A stretch of DNA of 56,102 nucleotides from positions 1-56,102 of the IMG/VR virus record IMGVR_UViG_3300022198_005692. One strand, written 5' to 3'. Within the stretch, counting starts at the first letter, position 1. Every line of letters starts with the position of its first letter. The DNA is from a virus (lineage: Duplodnaviria; Caudoviricetes). The notes under the pieces were generated by a model, which saw nothing but the letters and a program-made list of their open reading frames with translations, was not told the origin of the DNA and ran no database searches. Position numbers and translations under genes: made by a program. Below, one piece after another: positions 1-10,466 of this stretch.

Positions 1-2456
1 TCTCCTTCTTTTATTGGAAAATCTAGACCTCCATGATTTCTTCCGGCTCCGAATCCGTCTCCTTGGGTGTATGAAGTTAAAGACTTTCCAGAGACAGTTA
101 CATATTTTCCCGCAAGTTCCTTAAGTTGTGCTTCAGTTAGAGTACTACTGGTGGATTCTTGAATATGTACATGTGGTCCAGTACTACGTCCAGTAGAACC
201 TACTCTGCCGACAAATCCGTCAAACCCACCAGACCCACCAGACTCATTAGACCCTTGAGTAGGTTGTGGAGAAGGAGTGGCGGTTCCAGCATTCCGAGCT
301 TTTTCTTGTGCTATGGATCTCATTAAGGGATCCATGAGTTGTTTATATAATCCCTCCTTTTGAGCAGTTGATCCAGAAGTAACTATTCTTTGTACATCTG
401 GGCTCATCCTCCCCACTTCTAATATCGTTCCACCTCTTTTAGGAACACCAAGTCCATCTCTATGATTAACACTAAATGAACCATACGAAGATGAGAGGGC
501 GTCATCTAATTGCCAAATTCTTTTTCCTGCAGTGGGTGGTATTACACCGCTATGTCCATTTGTTTCATCATTATGAATCTCTATTATTTGCTTACCAGCG
601 CCCGCTGCCTGTGAGGTTTTACTAAATTGAGATCGTGGGTCATTTTCTGGAATATTTGATGATGATGGTAGATACACCTCAATATAGTCAGAGATGCCAT
701 ATGCCTGGGCATTACGTTGTGCCCATTTCACCAATTCTATATTCAACTCTCTTTCATTAGGCGCCCCAGATGGAAAATCAGCATGACCAGCCATTAATAA
801 AACCTTAGATGGTTTTGCAGTTGTGGTTGCTTTCCAGTCTTTTAATGACTGTTTTGGAGCGGGGTTTACTACATTATTACCCGGGCCAGTAGGGGCGTTC
901 TTATTTCTTACATCAGAAACCGTCTCCAATGGAGCGGCAAAATTCCAGATGAGTTGTGGATCGATGGTAACTTCTGAGTTATCATGGCCATTGATATAGA
1001 ACCTAGTCAATTCTTTCTTGTCACTAGTCGAGGAGCCAATTGGCTGGGAGGGTTTTACCTCATCGCCATTCTTGATCTTTACCTCAGAGAGATTGGTGGA
1101 TTCTTGGTAGATCCAGCGGCTAAAACACTTCTCCGACTTATCGTCTTTACAGACCTGGAACCACATCTCAGTCTTAATGACAACTCTCCCCTCCTCCTGT
1201 GAGGCACTCTCTACCTTGCCAGGAAGATAGGAGATAGCACTTGTGCCATTAGGAGCTATGCCATAAAGATTTACCTTGGTGTATCTTTTATTTTCCACAG
1301 GAGAGTTACTCCCTGCCCAGCCATATCCATCGGATCTTGGGCCCTGGCATCTCTTCTCACAGGGTTTGAATAGATCTGGGAAGGTAACTTTTTTAACTTT
1401 CTCAAGAGCCTTTATTCTTTTCTCTTTAATAACCTCCTTGAGGGAGTATTTTTCAGAGGCGAAACTTGCAGAGACATACGGATCAGCGTCGTTGATAGTT
1501 GCGCCGGTTTGGGTGTTATTCTGACCCCAGGTCACCGGTGGCTCGCCATCGATGGTATAGGCTTCGTAGAGACCCTTACCCAAATAGAATACAGTACAAC
1601 TTCCGGTGATCTCTCCTCGGCTGCAAACACTTACCCTATTTCCGTACTCCTTGATAGGGAGGGAAAGCATAGATCCACCGGTAGCACCAATAATTCTCTT
1701 CATCGCCTCATCGGGCGTAACGCCCTTGTAGATGAGTTGGCGAGGGATCGTGTAAGGGGAGTTTGCCGATCCTCCCGGTGGGACACAGAAACTTGCCTTA
1801 TATCCGCTCTCTTCAGCGATCTTTTTTAAAGCCTCCTCAACTGTCATTCCTTCATCAAACTTAACATTGATGAGGTTTTGGTTGAAGACAACTGCACGTG
1901 GATCCGTGCCACTCAGTGTCACTGATGGGAAGTTTGAACCATGATTGATACTGATTCTATTTACCTTGAAGTAATAATCAGTACCAAAAGCGGTCCCATT
2001 TACATCGTACCATAACGATATGATTATATGGGCATAAGTATCCTTCAGAGGTCTAGAGCTATCCGCCGATGAGGAGAGGGACTGGTCATCTATGGACGAG
2101 TAGGGATAGCACTTATCCTTGATTGGATCTTCGCCCTCTCCGCATGGTCGCATGATGATATTATTTGTCTGCATGGTGTTAGATGCAGACCACATAGAAG
2201 CGGCATCAAACAAAGCAGGCCAGGCTATCCCTGTCAGATATGGATCTGAGAGGGTAACCTGGCATTTTGATTGAGATAGACCAGAGGTATATGCCTGTCC
2301 TGAGGTATTGCCTTGGGAGTTTGCTGAGGAAAAAGTATTTATACCCTTGAGTTTAACACTTAGATCCTGAATCTGTCTTTCTTCAAAGACAACAACCCTA
2401 TCAGATTTGAAGGGTTTATAGGCTACTCTAGCTCGGCAACGATACAGACTAGACAC
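1..2456 (-). CDS. Baseplate hub (gpD/gp27-like) fused to an N-acetylmuramoyl-L-alanine amidase (Amidase_3-like) and an M23-like peptidase; 3' end runs off the window
   Basis: Absent from the ORF track because it is truncated. Translated by hand from GTG at 2456 (MSSLYRCRARVAYKPFK...); spot-checked segments are in one frame. Amidase Zn motifs VLLMAGHADFPSGAPNERELN, IIEIHND and TILEVG; M23 motifs GRVGSTGRSTGPHVH and GFGAGRNHGGLDFP. The hub assignment of the N-terminal part is weaker. Confidence 0.75.
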   Translation of the reverse strand, partial: MSSLYRCRARVAYKPFKSDRVVVFEERQIQDLSVKLKGINTFSSANSQGNTSGQAYTSGLSQSKCQVTLSDPYLTGIAWPALFDAASMWSASNTMQTNNIIMRPCGEGEDPIKDKCYPYSSIDDQSLSSSADSSRPLKDTYAHIIISLWYDVNGTAFGTDYYFKVNRISINHGSNFPSVTLSGTDPRAVVFNQNLINVKFDEGMTVEEALKKIAEESGYKASFCVPPGGSANSPYTIPRQLIYKGVTPDEAMKRIIGATGGSMLSLPIKEYGNRVSVCSRGEITGSCTVFYLGKGLYEAYTIDGEPPVTWGQNNTQTGATINDADPYVSASFASEKYSLKEVIKEKRIKALEKVKKVTFPDLFKPCEKRCQGPRSDGYGWAGSNSPVENKRYTKVNLYGIAPNGTSAISYLPGKVESASQEEGRVVIKTEMWFQVCKDDKSEKCFSRWIYQESTNLSEVKIKNGDEVKPSQPIGSSTSDKKELTRFYINGHDNSEVTIDPQLIWNFAAPLETVSDVRNKNAPTGPGNNVVNPAPKQSLKDWKATTTAKPSKVLLMAGHADFPSGAPNERELNIELVKWAQRNAQAYGISDYIEVYLPSSSNIPENDPRSQFSKTSQAAGAGKQIIEIHNDETNGHSGVIPPTAGKRIWQLDDALSSSYGSFSVNHRDGLGVPKRGGTILEVGRMSPDVQRIVTSGSTAQKEGLYKQLMDPLMRSIAQEKARNAGTATPSPQPTQGSNESGGSGGFDGFVGRVGSTGRSTGPHVHIQESTSSTLTEAQLKELAGKYVTVSGKSLTSYTQGDGFGAGRNHGGLDFPIKEG

Positions 2457-2468
2457 ATCTTACCTGGA

Positions 2469-3191
2469 TTATGAAACAGCAGTTACTTCAGCGAAGGCAA
2501 GTGTATCGCCATTATCCGCTCCGGCAGCAACAATGGCTACAATTTGACCAACACTAAATCCAGCTCCGCCGGCAGCGATTGTATCAATACTAATCACTTC
2601 ACCAGCAGCGATAGATACCACGCCTTGACCATCAGTATATCCGGCGGGGTTGGTATCTTCGGTGGAAGTAAAGGTTACTTGGATTACGCCATCACCAACT
2701 CCATCGATAGTATCCGTATATCCACTACCTCCATCGAGGAGGGTTAGAGTTTGAATCACTCCGGTGGGCGCTTGAGGAGCAGGGACTACTTCAGCGATGA
2801 CAGCGGAAACAGTCTCAGCGAGGTTGAAGGTAGCTACCATGAAGTGGAAGTCACCATCGCCTTCTAGACCGACGTAGCGAGTGATGTTGACAAGTTGGTC
2901 GTTGAGAGCAGTTTTGTCAGCAACGGGAACGTTGGCATTAGCAACAAGTGCCCCTACAACCAACTCAAGAGTTGCATAGGCAAACTTTTTAGCCTCGAAG
3001 CCCATTGAAGGTCCGCAGGCGACAAAAGCATTCTTGGCCGCTATACGAGCTGCGGGGGTATTTGCCCCGGTGTTATAAGAAGAGACTAGAGGGGAGGCAA
3101 TAGCCTCTCCTAGGAACTCTTGGAAGGAGATCTTATATTCAAACTCCATACCGATCTTGCGATGAAGACCAGTGTTAAGTACGGTTGCCAT
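2469..3191 (-). CDS. Putative virion structural protein
   Basis: 240 aa, Ala/Gly/Thr-rich C-terminus with GGSGYT/GGAGFS motifs typical of cyanophage structural proteins; GTTTAAAG motif upstream. Confidence 0.5.
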   Translation of the reverse strand: MATVLNTGLHRKIGMEFEYKISFQEFLGEAIASPLVSSYNTGANTPAARIAAKNAFVACGPSMGFEAKKFAYATLELVVGALVANANVPVADKTALNDQLVNITRYVGLEGDGDFHFMVATFNLAETVSAVIAEVVPAPQAPTGVIQTLTLLDGGSGYTDTIDGVGDGVIQVTFTSTEDTNPAGYTDGQGVVSIAAGEVISIDTIAAGGAGFSVGQIVAIVAAGADNGDTLAFAEVTAVS

Positions 3192-3224
3192 AGGGGTAAT
3201 ATTCCTATATCTATTCAGTTATCT

Positions 3225-3788
3225 TTAAACCATGTTAGCCAAAGAGAAATCTGCCGAGGTAGGGGAAATAATCTCATACTTAGAGAGGAGAGAACGGTTA
3301 TAGAGGTAATCCTTCATATATGCATAGTACTCCTCGTGTTCTTTCTCCCGAGCCTTAAGTTGCATATCGAGATAATAATCAGAGCATCCAGGATAGAGAG
3401 TGTTCAACTCGATGATATGGTGTGGTCGACTCCACTCCCAAGTACGCTCAATGAGGAATACTTTAATCATGTAGCTATATGCAGCGAAATATGACTCGGC
3501 GGAGTTAGCCCATTCTTCAGAGATCTCAAGATGACGGCGGAACTTTTCATAAAAACAGACTTCCGAAAACCCACGGTCACAAATTACTACTTGGGCTTTT
3601 TCCTCAAGGGCAGATTGGAACGGATCGAGGTATTGCTGGATGGGGGTATGGTGATGGGGTTGAGGTCCAGAGAAGTGAAGAGTACGGACGCATATATCCC
3701 GAGAGATTAACTCATTCTGAGTGTTCTTAACAATGGTGGATTTGCCAACTCGATCGGCTCCGAGTACGACGATGGTGCGAGGATACAT
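3225..3788 (-). CDS. P-loop nucleoside monophosphate kinase (thymidylate/dNMP kinase-like)
   Basis: Walker A GADRVGKS near the N-terminus and the VICDRG motif typical of TMPK/dNMP kinases. Confidence 0.7.
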   Translation of the reverse strand: MYPRTIVVLGADRVGKSTIVKNTQNELISRDICVRTLHFSGPQPHHHTPIQQYLDPFQSALEEKAQVVICDRGFSEVCFYEKFRRHLEISEEWANSAESYFAAYSYMIKVFLIERTWEWSRPHHIIELNTLYPGCSDYYLDMQLKAREKEHEEYYAYMKDYLYNRSLLSKYEIISPTSADFSLANMV

Positions 3789-3814
3789 ACTTCTCTGAGA
3801 CTACTTACAAAGTA

Positions 3815-3823
3815 ATTATATCA
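3815..3823 (-). promoter_or_regulatory. Extended -10 (TGATATAAT) sigma70-type promoter for the kinase gene
   Basis: Perfect TGnTATAAT about 27 nt upstream of the ATG at 3788; the identical 9-mer precedes the dCMP deaminase gene. Confidence 0.55.
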
Positions 3824-3928
3824 TGTTCTCAGGTTAAAGGCTATGGTTAAAAACCAACCTTTACCTTTTACCAGAGCAATAGTTTTAAAGTTTAAAGACT
3901 AATATAACTAGATATTTAGAGCAGGAAT

Positions 3929-4276
3929 ATGCCCGCTACTCCAGAACCTCCTTTTCACCGTTGGGGAGTCAGATTTACTGCTGACTCTACCCACGACAAA
4001 GCCTATCTCCAAAACCTTCATGACAATGACTCCTCCACTATGTACAGAGGGGAGTTATTTGTCAACGAGCCACTTGACGAGGTGTATTATGCCGATGCCA
4101 CAGGAGTGGTAAGACGGCTTGGTGACAGATCAGTGGTCCCTGTGAATTTTAGCCGAATTGACTTTACTGGGTTGAGAGAGTTCGCAGATGATACCGCTGC
4201 GGCTGCAGATGCTACCCCCGTCCCTGTTGGTGGGATGTACAGAACCGGCTCTGTACTTAAGGTCAGAGTGGTTTAA
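3929..4276 (+). CDS. Small fibre-related protein
   Basis: GELFVN motif like the fibre N-terminal GELALN domain; C-terminal FADDTAAAA...VGGMYRTGSVLKVR resembles a common phage fibre end motif. Confidence 0.5.
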   Translation: MPATPEPPFHRWGVRFTADSTHDKAYLQNLHDNDSSTMYRGELFVNEPLDEVYYADATGVVRRLGDRSVVPVNFSRIDFTGLREFADDTAAAADATPVPVGGMYRTGSVLKVRVV

Positions 4277-4330
4277 AGTTTGTCAGGATACGAAAACATT
4301 TTATGTCCTTTAGAGACATATAAATCCACA

Positions 4331-4370
4331 AGGCTCAGAAGAGATGGTAGCATCTCTCTGGGTCTTTTTT
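4331..4370 (+). terminator. Intrinsic terminator-like hairpin within the structured phoH leader
   Basis: AGGCTCAG-A-AGAGATG-GTAG-CATCTCT-CTGGGTCT followed by a T-run. Confidence 0.55.
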
Positions 4371-4395
4371 CGTATCATGGAAATTACAATTCCCC

Positions 4396-5124
4396 ATGGC
4401 AAGAAAATCCTCTAGACGTCAAAGAATCGAGCAAGGTGACATGATCCAGGCATCAAACCCCAAGTTCGAGGAGCATAAGCCCCTCCTACCTATGAACCCA
4501 TCCCAGGTTGATGCCATGAAGTATCTGAAGACAAAAACCTTGACGATTCTTACCGGGCCGCCAGGCACAGCAAAAACCTTGCTCTCCATCCATGCCGCTT
4601 GTGAAAAACTCCACAAGAGAGAGATTGAAAAAATCTACTACGTAAAACCAATTGTCTCCACGCCAGGCGAGCAGGGGATTGGTTTCTTGCCTGGTAATCT
4701 TGAGGAGAAAATTGCTCCTCACATCATGCCAATTCGCGATTCATTAGCCGTATTCATGCAAAAGGGTAAGGCCGATTACCTCCTTGAGAAAAAGATCATT
4801 GAGTTCCTGCCAATCGAGCACCTACGTGGGCGGTCGTTGCATAGATGTATGATTATTGCTGACGAGATGCAAAACGCCACCACCCACTCGGTGATGACAA
4901 TCCTCACTCGCCTGGGTGATAGCTCTTCCATCGCCCTGCTTGGTGACGTAGTTCAGCGCGACTTATCAAATCGTTATGGCAATGATGGTCTTTCCGATGC
5001 CCTCCGCCGTCTCGGCTCCAATCAATCAGTAGGCCATGTCAATTTTGGCTACGATGAAATCGTCCGTTCCGGCTTCGTCAAGTCAGTCATCCATGCTTAC
5101 TCCGACCTTTACAGTTCAAGGTGA
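4396..5124 (+). CDS. phoH: PhoH-family ATPase
   Basis: GPPGTAKT Walker A, GFLPGNLEEK, LRGRSL, IIADEMQN, LTRLG and GDVVQRD: the full PhoH motif set. Confidence 0.95.
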   Translation: MARKSSRRQRIEQGDMIQASNPKFEEHKPLLPMNPSQVDAMKYLKTKTLTILTGPPGTAKTLLSIHAACEKLHKREIEKIYYVKPIVSTPGEQGIGFLPGNLEEKIAPHIMPIRDSLAVFMQKGKADYLLEKKIIEFLPIEHLRGRSLHRCMIIADEMQNATTHSVMTILTRLGDSSSIALLGDVVQRDLSNRYGNDGLSDALRRLGSNQSVGHVNFGYDEIVRSGFVKSVIHAYSDLYSSR

Positions 5125-5170
5125 TAGGTTTAAAGATAACTATCACTACTGTTCGGCATAAGTAAATATT

Positions 5171-8100
5171 ATGGCTAGATACTCTGAAACGGGAAGAGTA
5201 AAAGTATCAACAAAACTGCCTCCTCTCAACCAATTAAAAATACCTTTGGAAACAGAGGTAAAGTATAGAGGTTTAGTAAGAGATCTAGCCCTTTCTGACA
5301 TCGAGGATCCTTCACAGGCCCTTAGTGAGGTACTTCTAGACATCCAAGATCCCGCTGAACAACAGACAGAAGGAAAATTTTTATTCCCAGACCTTGAGGT
5401 TTTAGACGGTATTATTAACTACGGTCTTAAGAATGAAGACCTTGCAATTTTAAATAATAGTTCTCTTAACTTAGAGACAGAATCGGGTAATTTAACTCCT
5501 CTTGTAAATCCCAGACAAAGAATTACTGATAGAATCAAACAACTAGAGTTTTTTGCTGGAAGAGGTACTGTGTTTCAAGGACAGGGTACTTCTATGTTTA
5601 AATATGTTGTTCCTCTAGATGAGACCGACAATGGTACAGAAACAGGTAAATTATATTCTCATACCAATCCCCCTCCGTTCTATACTCATGATCTAAATAA
5701 AGATGAAAACGATTCAACGGACCTCGTTGAAAATGGGCCGGACTTTATCCCGTCCACACCTACTGAAATTAAAAATTCGCATAGAGTAGGGTATATCAAA
5801 GACGGTGAATTTGTACCTGATATTGAAAAAGAATGGTGGTGGGCCGGAGCGTACAAAAGAGACTATAGAGGAAGAGAGGAGTATAGTGGAACTAACGCAT
5901 TTACAAACCCTTCCTTCCCCGTAGTCAGAGACGGAAATATTTCCTTCTCTTATTCGCTTCCACGCGCTGTGCCTAATCCCTACAATTGGGGTTTGAAGAT
6001 GGACTTTTGGATGAAGAGAGCATCTTCTAATGATGTTTTTGGAAAGTTCTTATTGCAGGTTTCCGGCCATATTAGAATTGATTATTTTGAAATTACCGGA
6101 TATGACTCAACTACTGGAGCAATAGAAGGTTCTTGGAAAACTGCCATTGATACGACAGATCCAAACACATATTACTCCCAACCTACAAAAGAAGTCTCTT
6201 CAGATGATCCTTTGGGCTATAGAACTTATTACATTCAAGGTGGACCTTCTAATGAGACATTAGCTCAAGAAACAACTACCAGTACTCCTATTACTCAGAG
6301 AACTGCGGCAAACGGCGCAAGTTGGGATTATGCGAACACCACCTTCAATGATTTAGAAGGAGTAACTAGAAGGTCTTTTAACCAATATGTTCCTGTAGTA
6401 ATTAGATACTGGTTCGGACAAGAAGATCCGGCAGATTACGATGCTTTAGTCGCTGATAAAGGAGAGGCGAATATTACTGCCCAAGACCGGGCAAAGTTAT
6501 CCCCAGGCCTTACTCCTGGATTTGAAATTGATTTTATTCTTGCGGCTGAAGAGAATGCTAAGTGGAATGATTATAAGGCTATTGTTAAAATTGAAACGAG
6601 TAATAATGGGGAGACTTGGCAAGCTTCCAATAGCGTAGACTTAACTGCCAATTTTAATAGTACAGTAGAAGTTCTTGCCTACTCAATTGTAACTTCACCC
6701 GATCTAACAAATATCTACGGAGATGATTGGATTTCCTCTCAAGGATATCTGAATGGCAGTATTAATCAAACTAATGGCAATTTAACAATCCCCGATCTTG
6801 GTATTACAACAAAGCCATCTATCTATGTAGCTCTAACAAACAGAGTTGTTAACGCGGCTCCTGTGAATTACTCCTCAGATGAGCTTTGGCAGGATTATAT
6901 GTTCCATCCTAACCTCCAAGGTACATATAGTAATAGGAATGATATGCTCGAAGGGGTAGGAACAAACTATTCCGAACCGGATCCTAAAAAAATACAATTT
7001 GAAAATAACTATGAGGCTTATAAGATCATCTATGGCGAGTTGCCCCCTGTAAATTTTTATGACAAATCTAGATACGATGGAGCTTTAGATAACTCGTTAA
7101 CCACACAGTCTTCAGATCGAGACTATGACTATAGTCACAATAAACTGCTCTTTATTGGAAGACAGAAGAAAGACGATCAAATAAAACTAACGCAGACCGA
7201 CGAGGTAAGAACTGATGGTGATAATTACACCTTCTTCACAATCACTGAAAATGCCGCTGGATTGGGAGGAAGCGTACTTATCTACGGAACTCCAGCAAAT
7301 AATTATGGCATAATCACTTCTTCTGCAACAACGGGTACCGTCGGTAAAGCCCTGCACATGGCAGATAATGTATCTACTTTTGATGATGATACTATCCAAC
7401 TATACTCCACATCGGCAGATTATGTAACTGCTAATTCCAACGCAGCTCAAGGGTTCTCTGTACAATTTAAATATGTAAATGGAACGGTTAGTGGGAATAA
7501 GCATTTGATTCCTGTGGACCCTGGAACCAATAAAGTAATTGCTGATAGCAACTTTGGTGCGGGGGGGACATCCGCTCCTAACATAGATAATAATCAGATG
7601 TTCCTGCCTGGGTTGATTAAGGGTGGAACAGAATATTACTTCTACGACCTAGTTGGAGTTACAAGACCCGCGGAAGAAGTAGAACTGACCATTTCTTCTG
7701 ATGGCGATCCGGCAGTTGTATCTATCACAGACTCTACATTTTTCGGCGGGGTTGTAGGGGACAGTGATGATTATCTTGGTACTCGTATAGAGATTGCAGG
7801 TACTGCGTACTATGTAACTGCTTATGACCCCGCAAATACAAAGGTAACAATTGATCACGGCACCGCCGACCCAACTACATTAGCTGGAAATAAGCAATGT
7901 AAAATTTTCTATAACTTCTTATCATTTTCCAATCTCCCCTCAGTTGTAATTGACTCTTCTCAAGCAGAAATAAGTAATCCAATCACAAATACTAATCTAG
8001 TGGATCTTATCTATGTCTATAGTTCAGGTTATCAGTTTAGAAAAATTGATTCTGGAGCAGGACTAGGAATTGCCGATTCTTTATACATAAAGGGCAACGC

Positions 8101-8668
8101 AGCAGCATCTCAATTAAATCCGTTTGCGGACGGGTCTGAAATCCCTGCTCCTCCAGCGCAGATCGTGACCCCATTTGGTCATGATAAATCAGTATCTGCA
8201 GCTGATCCCGGCCTTAATGGGATTTGTTATCCACCATATAATACCCAAGACATTCAACTACTGCCAGTAGCAAAAATTACCGAGGATATTAACTCGGCAG
8301 CAGAAGGACAATTTGATGTTTATTGGGGGTCTACTGACATCGATAAAATAGACAATCTTGGTGGTAAATATCTTAAGGTTAATAAAAAGCTGATCTTTGA
8401 CTTTGATACAAGGGAGATTACTAACATCCTTGTTTCTTTGACTCCAACGCAAAAACCTGACTTTACTGTTAGTTCTACGACCTACAACGCGAAGTTATTG
8501 GTTGAGATTCCGGCAGTTATTCCGCAGGATGCGGATAATAATTACCTGTATAAGGATGCTCTTACTTATACAGATAATCAACCTGCAAAATCTAATATTT
8601 TCTTGTTCTTGGATAAAGGAACTAGTAATATTAGCCTTCTAACCAAGAACAGCCCTACCTGGACTTAA
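5171..8668 (+). CDS. Large virion structural / tail fibre-associated protein
   Basis: 1165 aa, beta-rich, rich in S/T/N/D; N-terminal GLVRDLALSDIEDPSQALSEVL motif related to the N-termini of the 583-aa and 1245-aa proteins. Confidence 0.55.
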   Translation: MARYSETGRVKVSTKLPPLNQLKIPLETEVKYRGLVRDLALSDIEDPSQALSEVLLDIQDPAEQQTEGKFLFPDLEVLDGIINYGLKNEDLAILNNSSLNLETESGNLTPLVNPRQRITDRIKQLEFFAGRGTVFQGQGTSMFKYVVPLDETDNGTETGKLYSHTNPPPFYTHDLNKDENDSTDLVENGPDFIPSTPTEIKNSHRVGYIKDGEFVPDIEKEWWWAGAYKRDYRGREEYSGTNAFTNPSFPVVRDGNISFSYSLPRAVPNPYNWGLKMDFWMKRASSNDVFGKFLLQVSGHIRIDYFEITGYDSTTGAIEGSWKTAIDTTDPNTYYSQPTKEVSSDDPLGYRTYYIQGGPSNETLAQETTTSTPITQRTAANGASWDYANTTFNDLEGVTRRSFNQYVPVVIRYWFGQEDPADYDALVADKGEANITAQDRAKLSPGLTPGFEIDFILAAEENAKWNDYKAIVKIETSNNGETWQASNSVDLTANFNSTVEVLAYSIVTSPDLTNIYGDDWISSQGYLNGSINQTNGNLTIPDLGITTKPSIYVALTNRVVNAAPVNYSSDELWQDYMFHPNLQGTYSNRNDMLEGVGTNYSEPDPKKIQFENNYEAYKIIYGELPPVNFYDKSRYDGALDNSLTTQSSDRDYDYSHNKLLFIGRQKKDDQIKLTQTDEVRTDGDNYTFFTITENAAGLGGSVLIYGTPANNYGIITSSATTGTVGKALHMADNVSTFDDDTIQLYSTSADYVTANSNAAQGFSVQFKYVNGTVSGNKHLIPVDPGTNKVIADSNFGAGGTSAPNIDNNQMFLPGLIKGGTEYYFYDLVGVTRPAEEVELTISSDGDPAVVSITDSTFFGGVVGDSDDYLGTRIEIAGTAYYVTAYDPANTKVTIDHGTADPTTLAGNKQCKIFYNFLSFSNLPSVVIDSSQAEISNPITNTNLVDLIYVYSSGYQFRKIDSGAGLGIADSLYIKGNAAASQLNPFADGSEIPAPPAQIVTPFGHDKSVSAADPGLNGICYPPYNTQDIQLLPVAKITEDINSAAEGQFDVYWGSTDIDKIDNLGGKYLKVNKKLIFDFDTREITNILVSLTPTQKPDFTVSSTTYNAKLLVEIPAVIPQDADNNYLYKDALTYTDNQPAKSNIFLFLDKGTSNISLLTKNSPTWT

Positions 8669-10416
8669 GCAACTTGGAAGAGAGGAACTGAATATACTCT
8701 CTTCCCATCAACTGAGTTAGGCATCTCGGTGATTGTAAGAGCGGAATTCTTATGGAAATAGAATGCTCCGTTCTCTCCTGCTGGGAGTGGAGAATCTGGT
8801 ACAGAGATTCTTTGGGCATATTCAGCAATAGTTGTGTCGTAAGCGTACCAAGATTGACTAGATGAATCATATGCCTCTGCGCTGAGAGTGCCTAAAGGCA
8901 GTGAGTTTCTATTTGAACTTGCAGATCCATTGACTGTGGGGTTTTGAAGTTTTGAAGAAACTGCGCTATAAAATGGCTTATCTTTTGTTGAATAAGCACG
9001 TTTATAAACATCACCCACTTTAATGTATAGACCGGGTACAGTAAGTTTTTTAGTACCACTCTGGACAACAAATTCTGGGATAAGACTATTATCCCTTACT
9101 TGATCCCCACTGAGACCCTCTTGGGCAATTTTAGCAAGTAGGCCATCTTGATCTCTAATTACTACTCTTTGCCAAATTGCTACGTCTTTACCTTCGAAAC
9201 CATTATAGGCATATCCAAGTTTATTAGTCTCATCATCAACTAATTGTGGTTTTTTAGTATTTTGAATCGTTGTTCTGATTGATTCTAAATTTCTTGCTAC
9301 TGCATTTCCTAGGGAAGTAATATTAGAACTGATTGATCCACTTGCAAAGAACGATACTTCGCCATATCCTTCCAAATATACTCTAGAAGAAGCAAACTTA
9401 AACTGATTAAAATTATCTACCCTGATAAAATCTTCTCGTCTGATATCAATGTCTTGAACCTCCAATGTTTCTGTATCTTTGTCTAAGAAAATATACTTAT
9501 CATTTTTTCTATCAAATAAGAAAAATCCATCAGAGTCAGCACTAACCACATCGTAGTAGTATTCCCTTGTCCTGATTATAGGAGTCTGGAAGATGAAGGC
9601 AGTACCTCCTTGTCTTTGAATTCTTACCTCACTAATTGAGGCAGTGCTCGTATTGGTAAGAGTAGAATTGTTTTTATCAACTGGATAGGTAGAAGTAGTC
9701 TCTCTAATTTTTAATTTTTCAAAAATACCGTATCCAGTACCTGGATTTGTTATAACTATGTCAATAAGAATAAATCTTCTTGTATTAGAATCCTTATAAT
9801 TTTCACCTGTTGCGTGGGTTTTATCAGTGAAAGTCTCTTCTTTAAATGTCAGAGTTGCTCTAGCACTAGTCCGTCCACTTATCATCCCTTCTAAAACGAC
9901 ATCTTTTAAGACTACTACATTATCGGTTGTATCTTCAAAGTCATTATCATCATCCAAAATTGTAAATAAACTAGAGACTTTCTTTTGGAAATAAAATCCT
10001 CTTCCCCCATAAACCAACTCTATATCTGGAATTGATCCGTTGTTTGAGTAGATAGGAGAATAGAAAGAATCTTTCGTACTTGATGCAGTTACAGAAAAGT
10101 TTTTAAAGTATATCCTGTTACTATTTGTAAAAGTAAAAGTTTTAGTTAGGAATCTGGTTCTATCATATTGAACATCTTCAGTGCCTTTTCTCGCTGTAAT
10201 TTTTTCAGATTTCAAACCATAAATCTGAGTATTTACAGGGAACTCCGCGTCTGGATCAGGCTCTTTAGGACCAGAAATTACGGTAGATAAAATAGCTGAC
10301 GATAAAGAAAAAATTTCGATATCATTCTCTATTCCTGGAGCATATAATTTCTGCAGAGCCGTCTTTAGGTTTAAGTCGGTTTCTGAAAGGTTTTTAAATC
10401 GAGTTAATCCACTCAT
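8665..10416 (-). CDS. Virion structural / fibre-associated protein
   Basis: 583 aa; N-terminal KNLSETDLNLKTALQKL motif; ITNPGTGY motif. Confidence 0.5.
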   Translation of the reverse strand: MSGLTRFKNLSETDLNLKTALQKLYAPGIENDIEIFSLSSAILSTVISGPKEPDPDAEFPVNTQIYGLKSEKITARKGTEDVQYDRTRFLTKTFTFTNSNRIYFKNFSVTASSTKDSFYSPIYSNNGSIPDIELVYGGRGFYFQKKVSSLFTILDDDNDFEDTTDNVVVLKDVVLEGMISGRTSARATLTFKEETFTDKTHATGENYKDSNTRRFILIDIVITNPGTGYGIFEKLKIRETTSTYPVDKNNSTLTNTSTASISEVRIQRQGGTAFIFQTPIIRTREYYYDVVSADSDGFFLFDRKNDKYIFLDKDTETLEVQDIDIRREDFIRVDNFNQFKFASSRVYLEGYGEVSFFASGSISSNITSLGNAVARNLESIRTTIQNTKKPQLVDDETNKLGYAYNGFEGKDVAIWQRVVIRDQDGLLAKIAQEGLSGDQVRDNSLIPEFVVQSGTKKLTVPGLYIKVGDVYKRAYSTKDKPFYSAVSSKLQNPTVNGSASSNRNSLPLGTLSAEAYDSSSQSWYAYDTTIAEYAQRISVPDSPLPAGENGAFYFHKNSALTITEMPNSVDGKRVYSVPLFQVA

Positions 10417-10466
10417 ATCAGTTACTTAAGTTTTTCTAATTTACTTTAATCACTACGACTCAACGG

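Noticed and set aside
984-1829. Plus-strand ORFs of 72, 82 and 106 aa
   Set aside because: They are antisense shadows of the long minus-strand hub/amidase gene. The same applies to most short ORFs overlapping large genes on the opposite strand or frame.
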